Assembly (NCBI GenBank): GCA_026026165.1
Contig: JAPEUD010000112.1
Location: 1 to 50,663, forward strand
Length of the DNA: 50,663 nt
Direction of reading: 5' to 3'
DNA from: Sarea resinae
Taxonomy: Eukaryota
The notes below the pieces were generated by a model, which made no database searches, had not been told where the DNA came from, and was given only the letters and a program-made list of their open reading frames with translations. Made by a program: the position numbers and the translations under genes. Position 1 is the first letter of the stretch; each line of letters opens with the position of its first letter. Of this stretch, positions 25,482-37,127 are shown in pieces.

Positions 25482-25541
25482 GGTGAGTGGACGCGATCGC
25501 GTGATTCGCCTATGCCTACTCACTAGTCACTACTATCACCT
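25482..25541. repeat. Hairpin/terminus motif, copy 2
   Basis: GGTGAGTGG..CGCGTGATTCGCCT...CCTACTCACTAGTCACTACTATCACCT, in the same orientation as 1154-1202. Confidence 0.75.
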
Positions 25542-26065
25542 CATAAACATATCTTCGGGCGAGAAAGGTAGTGGTATCAAACTCAGCAAGTATCCCTTTG
25601 CGGCGGTCAGCGCCATGTCATAGCCATGTATAGCAAAAGCAACTAGAAGCAGAGAAGCACTTTCGTTTTGTACTATATTCTATGGTATCGCCAGAGGCTT
25701 AGATACAATATCAGACTCAGACCCTGTTCGCAAAGATTCGATCTGGTCATAGGCAGGTGGCGGAATTACAATGCATTTGAATAGCCTCACATAATCAACC
25801 ACGCAAATCAATCTTTGCCTCTTCTACTTGGTGTGATAAATCAAAGAAATGCGGCGAGAAATAGTCTCTTATCGAAGGGAAGACCATGCTGGCAGATTGG
25901 CCACTAGATATAGTGTCGGCGTCAAATTTGACGTTCAAAATGTCTAGGATAGTAACTCGCGTTGATACCTATTAGCTGCAGATCGATGATCTCGCCAACT
26001 TCTCTCCTAGCCCAATCCATTGTATGCCATCGTACATCGCGGCGCATCTGAACATAATCAGCACA

Positions 26066-28103
26066 CTATCCCCGAACTTTTCCGCTTCTCGGCCGTTCGT
26101 CGTTGTCAGACCCCGCGCGTTTGCGTTTTCGGATATCGCACATACTGGTGCCCATGGTCTGTTCTATGTCGCTCTGCCGCTCAGTCATGATCTCTTCCGG
26201 CACAATGTCGTCCACGATACCTCCATGGTCGCCGGTTACCCTGGGAAAGCCCTCAGGATCTTTAGCTAACTTTGCGGCATCGCGAAGGAGGTAGCAATAT
26301 AAGTGGAGAGGATACTCTGGCTTTGGCGCGTCGCACTCACTGCTATACCCCTCGGCTGTAGCATCCACTGTAGGAGCCTTTACTTTTTCGTGCTTATTGC
26401 GTGCCCAAGTGAGAAAGCGTATTTGCATCAGATTTACCCAAAAAGAGAGTCGTTGATGCAACGTGGGATCTTTAGGGTCAACCCTAACGAACAGATCTTC
26501 ATTTTCGCCCGATCTCAGTCTCAAGGGCTTCCGAATAACGGAAAGTAGCCAGTGCGGTCCCTCTTTGTCTACCTCGAGCACAGGGAAGGCGACAAATTTG
26601 TCATGCAAACTTTTGGCATTCGGAATCCATCTTCTAGCTGATTCAAAGTTCATCTCATTGCCGTTGTTACGAAGATCTGTGTAACACTAGGGGTTCACGA
26701 AATAGACACGTTTGTTCGCCAGCCGCAGGAGAATGACTTTGGAGTGAAGCAAGCTGTATAAATCCTTATAGGCAGTCCTATACTTGGCTTCGATGGATGT
26801 TCTTTTGGCTCCTGGTTGCAATCCGGGTTGTGCGTTTTGAAAGTCAACAGACTCAATGACTTGCAGGCCCAAGCCATGCAAAAGTGTCTCCGTTGGTACC
26901 TTGAGAGATACAGTCCCTCCTTTCGCGATGCATTCTACACCACGTCGTGCTTGAGCAACGGCAAGGAGGAAGGTGTGCAGGCGTTCCAGGATACTCGGAA
27001 TTTCTGGTAAATTATCCGAGGGGTTAGGGATCACAGCGGACCCGTAGTTGAAAGACTCGTCCGGTAAGGAGATTTCCGCAAGATCCTTATCCTGCCCGTC
27101 GCTTCCTACCAGAGTCGGCCAAACGGATGTGCCCAAGATGCGAATATCCTCGATATCGACGCCGTCTTTCGGGTCCCCAAACTCAGCGTTGACGATCATA
27201 TCGTTGACCTCGTCGTCATCGCTTCGAGGGACAATTTTCCCAGACAGCACACCGCCCGCAGCAGGGTAAGTTAAAAGGTTAGACTGCTCCGCCTCCACCA
27301 CCGATTCCAAGACAGTGTCTAGATGTGACGATGTTCGCTGCTGAGTTCCGGCCGCATCAGGCGTGTTTGGAGCGGGGTTGTCGTTGCTGGAGGAGAGGTT
27401 GCCATTGCTAGAGGCGAGGTTGTTATTGTTAGAGGTGAGGTTGCCATTGCTAGAAGCAGGCTCATCGTTGTTGGAGGCAGGATCATCGTCGTCGGAGAAA
27501 ACACTCTGACCTCTCCAAATAGGACCATCCTGGAGCTCAGGAGCGTCTCTCGGCTCCTCCATTGCGCCATCAATGATATCGTCAAAACAACCCTCGTAGA
27601 AGTGCTCTACCCCCTTCTCCAGCATTGCTTTCTTGGCCCATGGTGAATCTGGCCTGATGCGAAATTTTAATTTCGAACCATCTTCGAAAAAGGAGATGCT
27701 GTAATCGAACATTTTTTTCTTATTCGGCAGCGTAAAGAAGGTGTTGAGATTTATCCGAATTGCTTCTACCCATTCATATTGAGCATGAGGTGAGAATGGA
27801 AGCTCGATGTGTTCGCCAACCACTTCTGACGTCTCGCCTTTCGCCATCGCAAACACGATTTCCAACATCGCATCACGTTGACGGACCCATCGGCGCGCCG
27901 GGAACAGCTTCGCATCATCAGTAACGTCGAGGAGGATGTCGTTCGAAACTCGCCTCTGTTTTTATCTTCTGGACGACAAAACCCGGTTGCTTCATATCTC
28001 CACCCCAGAATTTCAAGTCTACTTCTGTTGGCGTCTTCTCCTTTCCGATGATATCCGACCAGTCAATTTCGACCCCAATACCAAACGTTCCTAAGTTATT
28101 CAT
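26066..28103 (-). pseudogene. ~660-codon gene with C-terminal Ulp1/C48 peptidase-like region, one in-frame TAG
   Basis: A 46-nt GC-AG intron (27953-27908) joins exon 1 in frame. ORFs 26687-27868 and 26066-26653 share a frame, separated by TAG at 26689-26687. Motifs VYFVNP.CY, VAFPVL.....HWLLSVI and RVDP. Internal 21-bp Asn/Ser repeats. Confidence 0.55.
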
Positions 28104-29121
28104 ATTTTCGAATATTCTGCAATGAAAGGAAACCGGAGTACTATTTATTCAACTTTGTCAGCTACAACGCGACTAGAAATCCTGGACCGGAGCATTTTGG
28201 CGTAGAACTTACAGCGAGTGAAGATGGGCTCTATGACACCCAGCACGAAAAACTCGATTACCGTCAAATGTGAGGCGGCGGCAACGAAGAGGTTGCTGGG
28301 AGAAACACCGTCTGTGCGTGTTTTGCGGCGATGGAACATCGAAGGTCGTTGCGCAGCAGTTAGTACATAGTAGTAGTAGTATCTGTGATCTGTAAGGTAA
28401 GGTACCTGTAAGAGGCGCTTGCCATCCAAAATTAGCTGAGGATGGTCGCAATATTAGTACTGTCTGTTCCGGTTCGACGCGGCTCCTTAAGAGCTTCGTG
28501 TCATTATAGCGTCCCCTCAGGCGACGTGGGGGAAGCGCTTCATATCGGGGCAGGCGATTTGAAGAGTCAGGTCAGTACGAAGTACGTACCTTAATTTACG
28601 TACATGTACTCCGGAGTACCATAGAGTAGTACGGATGACGGGACCACTTGATGGAATTCATAAGGATGATACGCTAACAACCTGACCTGCAGGGTCCATG
28701 TCATGCACCTCGAACGCCGCTATCACACCCGACGGCCTAGGTAAGGTAGGTAGGATCTTGATTTCAGCGGGCAGTCAACACCGTGGCCATGTCCATAGCC
28801 TAGCGTGCCAGATGCTCGGGTTTCGCTGCTCTATGGCAGAGGCTTCTGGATACCAATAAGTGAGGTACCTACTACGTAGTACATTTATCGGAGCAGGGGT
28901 CCGTGGGAGCTCCTGCGATCGTAAGTACTTGGATTGCAAACCATGTGATAAATTCGGTCACTATTGGCAACCACAGTACAAAGTATTAGGTAGCATGGTA
29001 GACCAGGGTTCAGCATGTCCTTTGCCTTTGGTTATCTGCGGACGAGCCATACTAGGCAGCTTCAGAATATTGGATATCCGACCCAACACGTGGCAAACTT
29101 CTGCTCTCGCGCGTCAGGGAA

Positions 29122-29628
29122 GTGAGGGTTGGAAAATATCCGCTGCCCCAGGACATAACCTCTAAATGGGTCAAAAGATTCGACGAGACCGATATTCTTC
29201 TTGGGGTTTCTGCCAAGCAAACCGACGACATCATCAACGGCGTCATCGGAGCGAGCATATCACGCACCCAGCCCTTTGATGGACAGCTCGGAAAGGAGTT
29301 TCGTCGCTTTCGTGAGCGCGTCTACTTATCCGCCGAAACTGGAAGCATTCTTAACAATCTTGATAATGTTTCCAGCACAACCGATCCGGGAATCCAAGCG
29401 GTCATGGCGTCCCTCCTATCATCGGCAGACGACATTGGGTTACCCGTCGAAAATTTCAGCCATCTGCTTGACTTTTTCATCCAAGTTTGTACAATCGAGA
29501 CGAAAAGTCGTGCTGCTATGCAACGAGATGTCGTTTGCAGGGACGACATACCCATCTTCGCAGGAGCTACCGCGGGGTTTGTGACCCACTTTTGGATGGG
29601 GTTGCAACAGCCTGTCAGATGTGCATAG
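29122..29628 (+). CDS. Hypothetical protein fragment
   Basis: 168-codon open frame with protein-like composition, no ATG start and no recognisable domain. Confidence 0.3.
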   Translation: MRVGKYPLPQDITSKWVKRFDETDILLGVSAKQTDDIINGVIGASISRTQPFDGQLGKEFRRFRERVYLSAETGSILNNLDNVSSTTDPGIQAVMASLLSSADDIGLPVENFSHLLDFFIQVCTIETKSRAAMQRDVVCRDDIPIFAGATAGFVTHFWMGLQQPVRCA

Positions 29629-29788
29629 CTCCCAGTGTTGATCTCTGCGCGGCTGAAATTTTCTTCTAAGCTTTCGACATCGAGTTAGCAACCGAAATTG
29701 GCCTATTTTCAGATCGGGCTCGCGGCATTGCGTTTACATCTGCCAGGGTCGCTGCATCTGCATTGCCCGCTTTGAAAGGGAGGTACTT

Positions 29789-29971
29789 ATGGTACGTGCT
29801 CGTCCCTTTGACTATTACAGCAAGTTTGTCCATGATTACGAGGTTGATAGCACTGGCTACGCCTTCTCGTACGATGATGTCAACCCATCTAGTGAGAATT
29901 CGGCTGGTGTCATTTCAGATGTCAACCCGCAGCTTCTTACTATTACCGTCGGTGGCCTGAAGGGAAAATAG
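29789..29971 (+). pseudogene. C-terminal fragment of GH64 beta-1,3-glucanase
   Basis: YYSKFVHDYEVDSTGYAFSYDDV....ENSAG......P..LTITVGG matches the GH64 C-terminus. The rest of the gene is absent. Confidence 0.8.
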
Positions 29972-30291
29972 GCGATTGGAAGTGGGCGAACTACTTCTAG
30001 GAAAGAATGATGTAAGGTGTCCTATAAGATCTGATATATTATTGCTGACGTATTCGAGAAAACAGGCTGCGATTTCCAGCAACTATTCTCCTTATATCAT
30101 CGCGGGACAGAATTGGATTGCTTGGAAAGAGATTGCTGTCTTCGTATCTCCCTTTATACATATATATGTCTCCTTTTCTACCATCTCCGTCTCTTTGTTT
30201 GCATAGCATTTCATCGAAGAAACCTCTGATAGAGTTTCTCTGCATTGGTGGAGAATACTAGGTTCACTATGACTATGCTGTCGTTCTTTCC

Positions 30292-30531
30292 CTAAACACC
30301 GGGTAGCAGGTCCTTTGAATCTACCCCCCTTCGCTGTTTTTTCCCGTACCAATATCTCTCTCTTTCAGAACACGTCCTAACATGGCGGGCGCTCGTAATC
30401 CTTGACCCACAGAGTGGACAGCACTCTATCATAAGGTGATAGCGTACAAGGTGGGTTGCTACTTCTAGCAAATTTCTGAAGTAGCTGGAGCAGGAAAGAG
30501 GGCATTTGTATGGCTCTAGGTCCCAAAACAA
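30292..30531 (-). pseudogene. Zinc-finger gene fragment
   Basis: PYKCPLSC..YF.......HL..YH and CPLC......H...C. No ATG, stops downstream. Confidence 0.45.
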
Positions 30532-30589
30532 TTCCGCCTCAATGAGAAAGTTAGCTGAAGGGTGAAGAGCCCATGATCCTTCATTTTTC

Positions 30590-31096
30590 TCAGGGGAGGG
30601 GGAAACATACCACGAATCCGTAAAGCTGGAGCCGATTGCTAAGCGTGAAGTGGCTTGTCCTTAGAATTATGAGTATATGCAGCAAGGCTTGCACAAACAC
30701 CATAAGACGAGAGCTGTGGTGTACTTGAGATAAGTTTCGCAGGGAAGCGCCCAATAAATCAGCAGTTACACTCCTTTCATGAGTCAAGAGTAAGGGTATA
30801 AGATTGATCGTGGAGAGCGTCCCAGCACGAGCCCCTGCCTCAGTAACTGATCGGACTCCAATCAGGTTCAGAGTGATAGTAGCGCCCCAATACACGATCT
30901 GCAGTAGCAAATCTAACCTCGTGATCGGTTGGAAGAAACGATGGCGCCTGAGGACATAAGGATATACAACGTGCTTCAGAAGAAAACGGACAATACGATA
31001 GTGAAGGCAGCTGTGGATAATCAAAATCAGGCGACGAAACACCACCAACAAAATCAGTATGCAGACAGTAATAGCGAAGATTCTCGAAACCTCCAT
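30590..31096 (-). pseudogene. Truncated ferric-reductase-like (FRE/NOX family) transmembrane N-terminus
   Basis: FLLKHVVYPY..RR...RAGTLSTINLIPL......ADLLG.SL....VH......V...LLH. Ends at a GTATGT donor with no FAD/NADPH-binding exons following. Confidence 0.75.
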
Positions 31097-31367
31097 AATT
31101 GACAGTTAATTATTTGCTGCCCCTTCGTCCAAAGATTAAGGCTGCCTTTTATGAGAAGGAAAGCTTGAAGGGGGGGGTGGCGCTTACAGGGGTTGGGGGG
31201 CAGCCCATAAGCGTTTAAGGGGGCCAAGTTCGGTCGGCGGGGGGTCAAAATGAACACCCCATTCAACTACTTATTTTGCTCTTGTACGCAACTGTTGATG
31301 AATCGAGCAATACAGTGCGCTAAACCAAAAATGTCTCCCAAAGGAAGCTCCTTCTTCTCGTCACCTT

Positions 31368-32751
31368 TTGACGAAGCCTTTCTGGCTCAAGTACTGGCTG
31401 ATAGGTGTTGCACGACTCAAGCAGAAAATTTCCACCAAGGTGCTCGATGACGTCAGAGATATATCTGGCGAAGAACATTGGGCACAAAGTCGGACTGAAT
31501 ACTTGCCTGATGAGAACGCGGTATCCATTAGTGGAGAGGAATATGAACAGCTCGATAATCCTCAAAAGAATACAAAAGGCGTTGCCAAAGAGCAGAAGCA
31601 GCCTAGCCAACCTGAGCTCAATGAAGAAGTAAAGGAGCCTCTACCAAGTGAATCTGCTGCTCGGCAAAACCCTAAGTCTAATAGCTGTGTGGCCAAAGAT
31701 GAAAAGCTCGCGGATCAAAAGCATAGCATTGCTAAAGAGCAATCAAAGGATCCTGAAGAGAAAGACAAGCAAGCGGCCGATAACAAGTATGGAATTCGGC
31801 CTAGTCAGAGAGATATCATTCAAGCCGACAAGGGTGAAAAGCAGCAAGGGCCTGTCCAATCCGAGCTCTGTAAGGAGCAGAATGATCTCATCCAACCTGA
31901 GCTACATCCAGATCAGAAAGAGCTCACTAAACCAGACCGTGGCGAACAGCAGAGAGGGCCGGTCAAGCCAGACCCTGACAAGGGGCAGAAGGATCCCGTC
32001 CAACCTGGCCGTTATGAAAAGCAGCCGCTTGATGGGCCCGTCCAACCTGGGCTTCATGAAGAGCATGGCCAACAAGCATTTACCGATAGTGAGTCAGAAT
32101 CAACTCCCCTCGTAAGCCTCAGGGTTGGGGGTCGTCGCGATAGCGCATTCCGGATGAGCGGTATACTGAAAACATGGCCAGAAGCAGATAAATGTGTTGA
32201 TGCATTTTGGCACAACTGCGAAAATCCCTTAGCGGCATTAGACCTGGAGTCGCTCAATGCTGTGATCAGAATACAGAACAAAGGGAGAAGCGAAAATTAA
32301 TCGTATCATTCCGGTAGAGGATTATACGAGGTTCGGGGAAAGACTGCAGGCGTTGAGGCTCAGGAACAAGAATCTGGATCTATCTCTACCAGAGGACTTC
32401 ACCCAGCTGAGAGAAGAAGTGCGTACTTTCAATAAATCGAGAGGACTGCCTATGTGTTGGGACGTGCCTAAGTCTGCGGTAAAGGTTCCAGAGTATGAGG
32501 AATCAGAAGAGTACGAGGAGGGCCACACGGATGGTGAAGATGACGAGGAGAAAGGCGATGGAATCGATGAATATGTCGCAAGTATTCCAGACACCATTGA
32601 TCTTCACAACGGCCAATTCAATCTCCTGGTAGAATGGAAAGATCAGCGTCTAGGGAAGACATGGGTCACCAGCGATGATATGACTAATTTGGAACAAATC
32701 ATGAAAGGGCTTACTCTAGAGTATAGAAAGAGATCTCAACATATCACTTGA
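31368..32751 (+). CDS. Low-complexity repeat protein with C-terminal chromodomain-like domain; one frameshift near 32280
   Basis: Removing one A in AACAAAGGG joins ORF 31368-32300 to 32353-32751. C-terminus EYVASIPDTIDLHNGQFNLLVEWKD....TWVTSDDM follows an acidic tract. True start uncertain. Confidence 0.6.
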
Positions 32752-32778
32752 AATTGAATGAAGATATTAAAATTTATA

Positions 32779-33437
32779 TTACCTGCTTCGTGAACCTTGG
32801 AATGTCTGCCTGATTCTCGGAGCTTCTCCAACATTATGACGAGACTGAAAGGCCTTCAATCTGAGCAAGTCAGCCATTGCGTGAGATCTCTTCCGTATTT
32901 TCTTGTTGTCTTCTAGGAGTCTCATGCTCATTGCTCTGCATTTCTTCAAGCCAGCCTCCACGTCTAGCCTCTTGCGGTTCTCTGCCTTGGATTGTTGCCA
33001 AACAAACCCTAGCTGGCGCCGAAGGCCTGCGTTCTCGGCTCTCAAGGCTGAGACTGTCGAAGCCCAACAGTCTTGTGGCATGATAGGGTGAGCCGACTCG
33101 TGCAATGACTTATCCGGTTGGTCGAGAGGGACTGCCTCAAAGGAAATTCCGACATCTTCGTATAGCTGGATATATGCTCCTGTTGAATGCTTGCTCAAAT
33201 GCTTCCGAAAGAGATGCTCTTTCTCCGGTGCAACTTTCCATTTATAAGGGTCTTCAGCTCCCGTGATAAGACGCACATGGGCAGGCGGAACCCTAATGCC
33301 CAGCTTATCACCTATATAATCAGTTTCCAGACTTCTTTGAGAATAGTGGAACGCTTACGGATGTGTTCCGACAAACGGTCCCTACATTTCATTCTCCATC
33401 TCGCTCGATCAGCGTTGCTAAGCCGACTGAACGTCAT
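32779..33437 (-). CDS. Coiled-coil hypothetical protein, 2 exons
   Basis: Intron 33358-33312 gives in-frame ...LSEHIRDKLGIRVPPAHVRL....DPYKW. Heptad-rich C-terminus. Confidence 0.7.
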
Positions 33438-34164
33438 CGGGAATGCTGAATATGTGGTCGTAATATGAAGAAGTTCACTGTGTATATAAGTTAAGTAGCT
33501 GGGAGAGCACCGACAATGGAGGCAGGAATTACGCGCCGATATGGATACGCGCCGACATGGAGGCATTACGCGCCGACAGTGAGTCCGCCCATCCCTTTTA
33601 TAATTAGATACACAACCCGACGATGTGAGATAAATATGATAGGACAATTCCACGAAATTTGAGCGGACGTGATGACCCAGAATAGTAGCATATATTCATG
33701 GAATCCGCGCACGATACTTCACTCGGCATACCCGAACTTTACCGAACTCCATGGAGTATTCACCCTACGCACTGGCGAGCCACCTGCGCCACATAGTGGC
33801 CCTCACAACCAAGTAGATTAATGCACGATGATCTGTTGTGCTCAAAGGCTAACATATTTCTTTAGATAGCATCTCGGACGACCTCTTTGGATTTGAGGGT
33901 CGGTATTCTCAACAACAACACGTTCACTATACACCTCCGACTGGCGGAGCTAGCTCTACGTACAGTGTCTTTGTCTTTAGGTGTGTTTATCGATCGCACT
34001 GCAGAGCATTATGGAAATGATAAGTTGGTACGGTAGGGGAGGAGTGTCTTTTCATGTAAAGCTAAGATAGAATACAGAGGGATCCGTGAATCCATCACTG
34101 ACGCCCTTAGCCCGTTATACGTTCTCTGCATGTGCCCGATTCTTTAGAATTAGCAAAGTGATCT

Positions 34165-35061
34165 TCACAGGACTGGAGCGCTCCTACCTGGAATGCTGAA
34201 GTCCCATACCGGTACAACAAGGCTAGGTGACGCAGGGAATATATCTTTGCAGTTCAATTTGAGGCGATTGATGCGGAATAAAGCCCATCCTAGTCTTTCA
34301 ATATCTGGCGTTTGATAGGCCATCTCGGTGAATATGGTGGCTTTTGCGAAAATCCGTTGGCGATGCACCCTGAAGGTATCTTTCAGACCAGGAATTACGA
34401 CTCGTTGTAACCTGGAATCCCACGAAGGACCATCCACGTCTGCCAATGCTGACTCCTTGCAGCTCCACTCTATCGCCGTCTTTACAAGATCCAACAGATG
34501 TGTTAATTCCTTCGCATATCGAGATGTGGCTTCGTCGTCGATGTCACTCGAGGGTTCTGGTCTCGGCTCGGCGCAATTTTTGTAGCCATTATGGAAGACT
34601 GTAATTATAGACACGAAAGTCCGCTTCAACTGGACGAATTCCACCAAGTTATCTTGTATCCCTTGTAGCCGGTTAATCATGCCTTCCCAGAGGCTGAGCA
34701 ATTCGATGCCAAAGAAGGTTGCTGCGCGTTGTTGAGATATCCCCCAGATAACTCTGGGCCGAGCTGTCTTAATGGATCCGTAATAAATAGCGATGCTCTC
34801 ACGTGTGATTTTGTTGCAATGCGAACAGAAGGTGAGGCCAAACTTGGCCGATGCGGCGGGGTAAGAAAGGTGCTCCTCCTCCGTGCCAAAGCTTCGGGAA
34901 AGAAAATCTTCGAACCAGTAACCATCGAATTTGGAACGAGGAAAGCTTCCGCAGAATCTTGCGAGCTGAGAAGGGTTGGAGGAGACCACATATTGAGCGA
35001 CCAATGCCCAGGGGGCAAAGGTGTCACCCACCACTTTGGTCGGGAGACCGCGGGAAGCCAT
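34165..35061 (-). CDS. Hypothetical protein, 298 aa (CxxC motif)
   Basis: Long uninterrupted ORF, no recognised family. Confidence 0.55.
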   Translation of the reverse strand: MASRGLPTKVVGDTFAPWALVAQYVVSSNPSQLARFCGSFPRSKFDGYWFEDFLSRSFGTEEEHLSYPAASAKFGLTFCSHCNKITRESIAIYYGSIKTARPRVIWGISQQRAATFFGIELLSLWEGMINRLQGIQDNLVEFVQLKRTFVSIITVFHNGYKNCAEPRPEPSSDIDDEATSRYAKELTHLLDLVKTAIEWSCKESALADVDGPSWDSRLQRVVIPGLKDTFRVHRQRIFAKATIFTEMAYQTPDIERLGWALFRINRLKLNCKDIFPASPSLVVPVWDFSIPGRSAPVL

Positions 35062-36326
35062 CGTTGGAAATGTGTATTCCGCGTTGCGTTCAAGTCAGAC
35101 AGTTGTCTCGACATGATCGAGCAAAAAGCTGTCTTTAAAAACATCCAGGCGCTGGCTCACTCACGATCCAGGAGACGCGTTCCGAGTAGGTGAAGAGGAC
35201 GAGAGCAGATCGTAGCCCTTTCCCACTAGCGTAGGATCAGAAAGAGAGCAGATAGAACCATCTACTCATCTCTGCCTGACCCATGGTCTAGCACCGAGTC
35301 CCGCACCGTCCCCTAGCATATCCAATAGGGGTCTTGGTAATGGCGTGGCCTGAAAAGAAAGAGTCCGAGATTGTGTTCAGCTGCAAGTCAACAAGGTTTC
35401 GTAATGAATGGAGGGAAGCATGCATCCCGATCCTGGCCGGACGTATCAGAGGGGAATAGCAAGACAGAAATAAATTCGTTCTCGGAGAGCGCTGCTTTCA
35501 GAGTCAAGATTCTCCAATCTGGGAAGCTGAGAAGAGAGCTGGGTAGTCAGTTATGCGCTAGCTACGGGAACTTTATGCACCTGGGTAGTCGAATGTGGAT
35601 CTGGTCGGAATTGCTACGGAGGTAGAAACGGACGTGGGTAGTCGTTCTTGTCGATTTGGCAGGGATTCACCGCAATAACACCTCAGCCCGATAGCCATCG
35701 AGCACTCCTTGACGCCCGCTCGTAAGAGCTGTGAAGATCTTTCCTTTTGCATCTCTGTCCCCAGCAGGGGCTTCGTATGCTGCGGCGTCGTCGTCCCTGG
35801 TAGTCTCTTCGCATGCTCATCGTAGCAGAAGTAGGAATAGAGCGGAGTGGAGGCTCTGTCCGGTTGTACTGGTTTGTGTCTCTATATGATGTCAGTCAGC
35901 ATTTTGTCTTCTTGAAATATAAGAAGCGGACAGTCGTCATTCTCACTCCCTCTATACTCGTTGTCGACTACTCAAAGTCTGCCGTACCAGGCTGATGCCA
36001 CCTTGGACGGACTCTTATCGGGCAACACCTCAAATGCCTGACAGTGCGCTAATTTGATGGAGGTGTTCAAACGACCGCTCAATCTGTGCACCTCGCGCCT
36101 AGAGAGCGCCTTTAGCGGTCGGTCCTGGATGGTCGTTCGAAGAAGGCCTCCTGTTACAGCCTTAGACCTTATGCCCTCTTTATGGCGCTGATCACGTGCT
36201 CATCAACTGGAGCGAGCCGAAAATGCCCCGCCATGACCCCTCGAAATGCCACGATCTGGAAGTGTCACGACCAGTTGGCTCGAACGCAGTGTTGAGGACC
36301 CTGGGCGCTATACGCGGATTTTTGCG

Positions 36327-37064
36327 ATGAGCACGACGTTTTCAGCCAAATCAATCACTGATAACGGCTACCAGTGGCAACATCAGCCTGCCGTTGGGGC
36401 TCGTGTCGATCACTTTGCTCTACAGCGTTGGCCTTGCGATTCTGGTGAAAGTTTGGAGTTCTACGAGCAAAACTTTATCAACAACGAGGTACTTGCAGTC
36501 AGATGCCTGGAAGCTTCTCATAGACTCTAACATTTCAAAGGAACTTTTTACAGCTGTGGTATCGATGTTCTCGTGTCCAGAGCTCTTTACCATCAGACCA
36601 TCGCGGCGAAATCCTAATTACGCTTACTGGCTGCTGCCGCCCAGAAGTAAAGCGCCCACTTGCCTTTCTGCTGTTCTGGTACAATTCTGGGGCAATGGAT
36701 CTCTGGTCCGCTTTCTTAAACATGCTCCTGCGTCCACGACGAATAATGGTAATTGGTACTTCATGAAATTAGGGGAACTGGATGATAGCGTTGAATTCGA
36801 GGATGTCGAATTTCCTTTCGGTGGAATGTAAGTTTGAGACGAAGTTTGACTGTCTTACTCTCGCTAATAGATTTTAGTTCCATAATAGATATAGAGCGTA
36901 TCGGCTTGGTTATTTTCAATGGAGAGGCCCTGAATTTCGGGTTTGGTATACCGGACTTCACAACTCAGACAAACAAACTGGAGTTCGATGCCGATCAACA
37001 GAAGAGGGTCATGGCTTTGGTGGGAACAGGGCCTATCGGCATGCATGTCAAATTTCGAAAATAG
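36327..37064 (+). CDS. Hypothetical protein with probable double-stranded beta-helix (PhyH/2OG-dioxygenase-like) fold, 3 exons
   Basis: Introns 36489-36540 and 36828-36877 restore one frame: LVQFWGNGSLVRF...VEFPFGGISIIDIERIGLVIFNGEALNFGF. The fold call is from recalled family resemblance. Confidence 0.6.
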
Positions 37065-37127
37065 AGATATCCCCAAATATCAGTATAATGGCCGTTGTCC
37101 TGAGAGTATATACCCATCGCTGACTCT

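Noticed and set aside
28570..28630. GTAC-rich patch sharing TACGAAGTACGTAC with 48089-48102
   Set aside because: Short low-complexity match, and GTAC/ACGT patches are common in fungal intergenic DNA.
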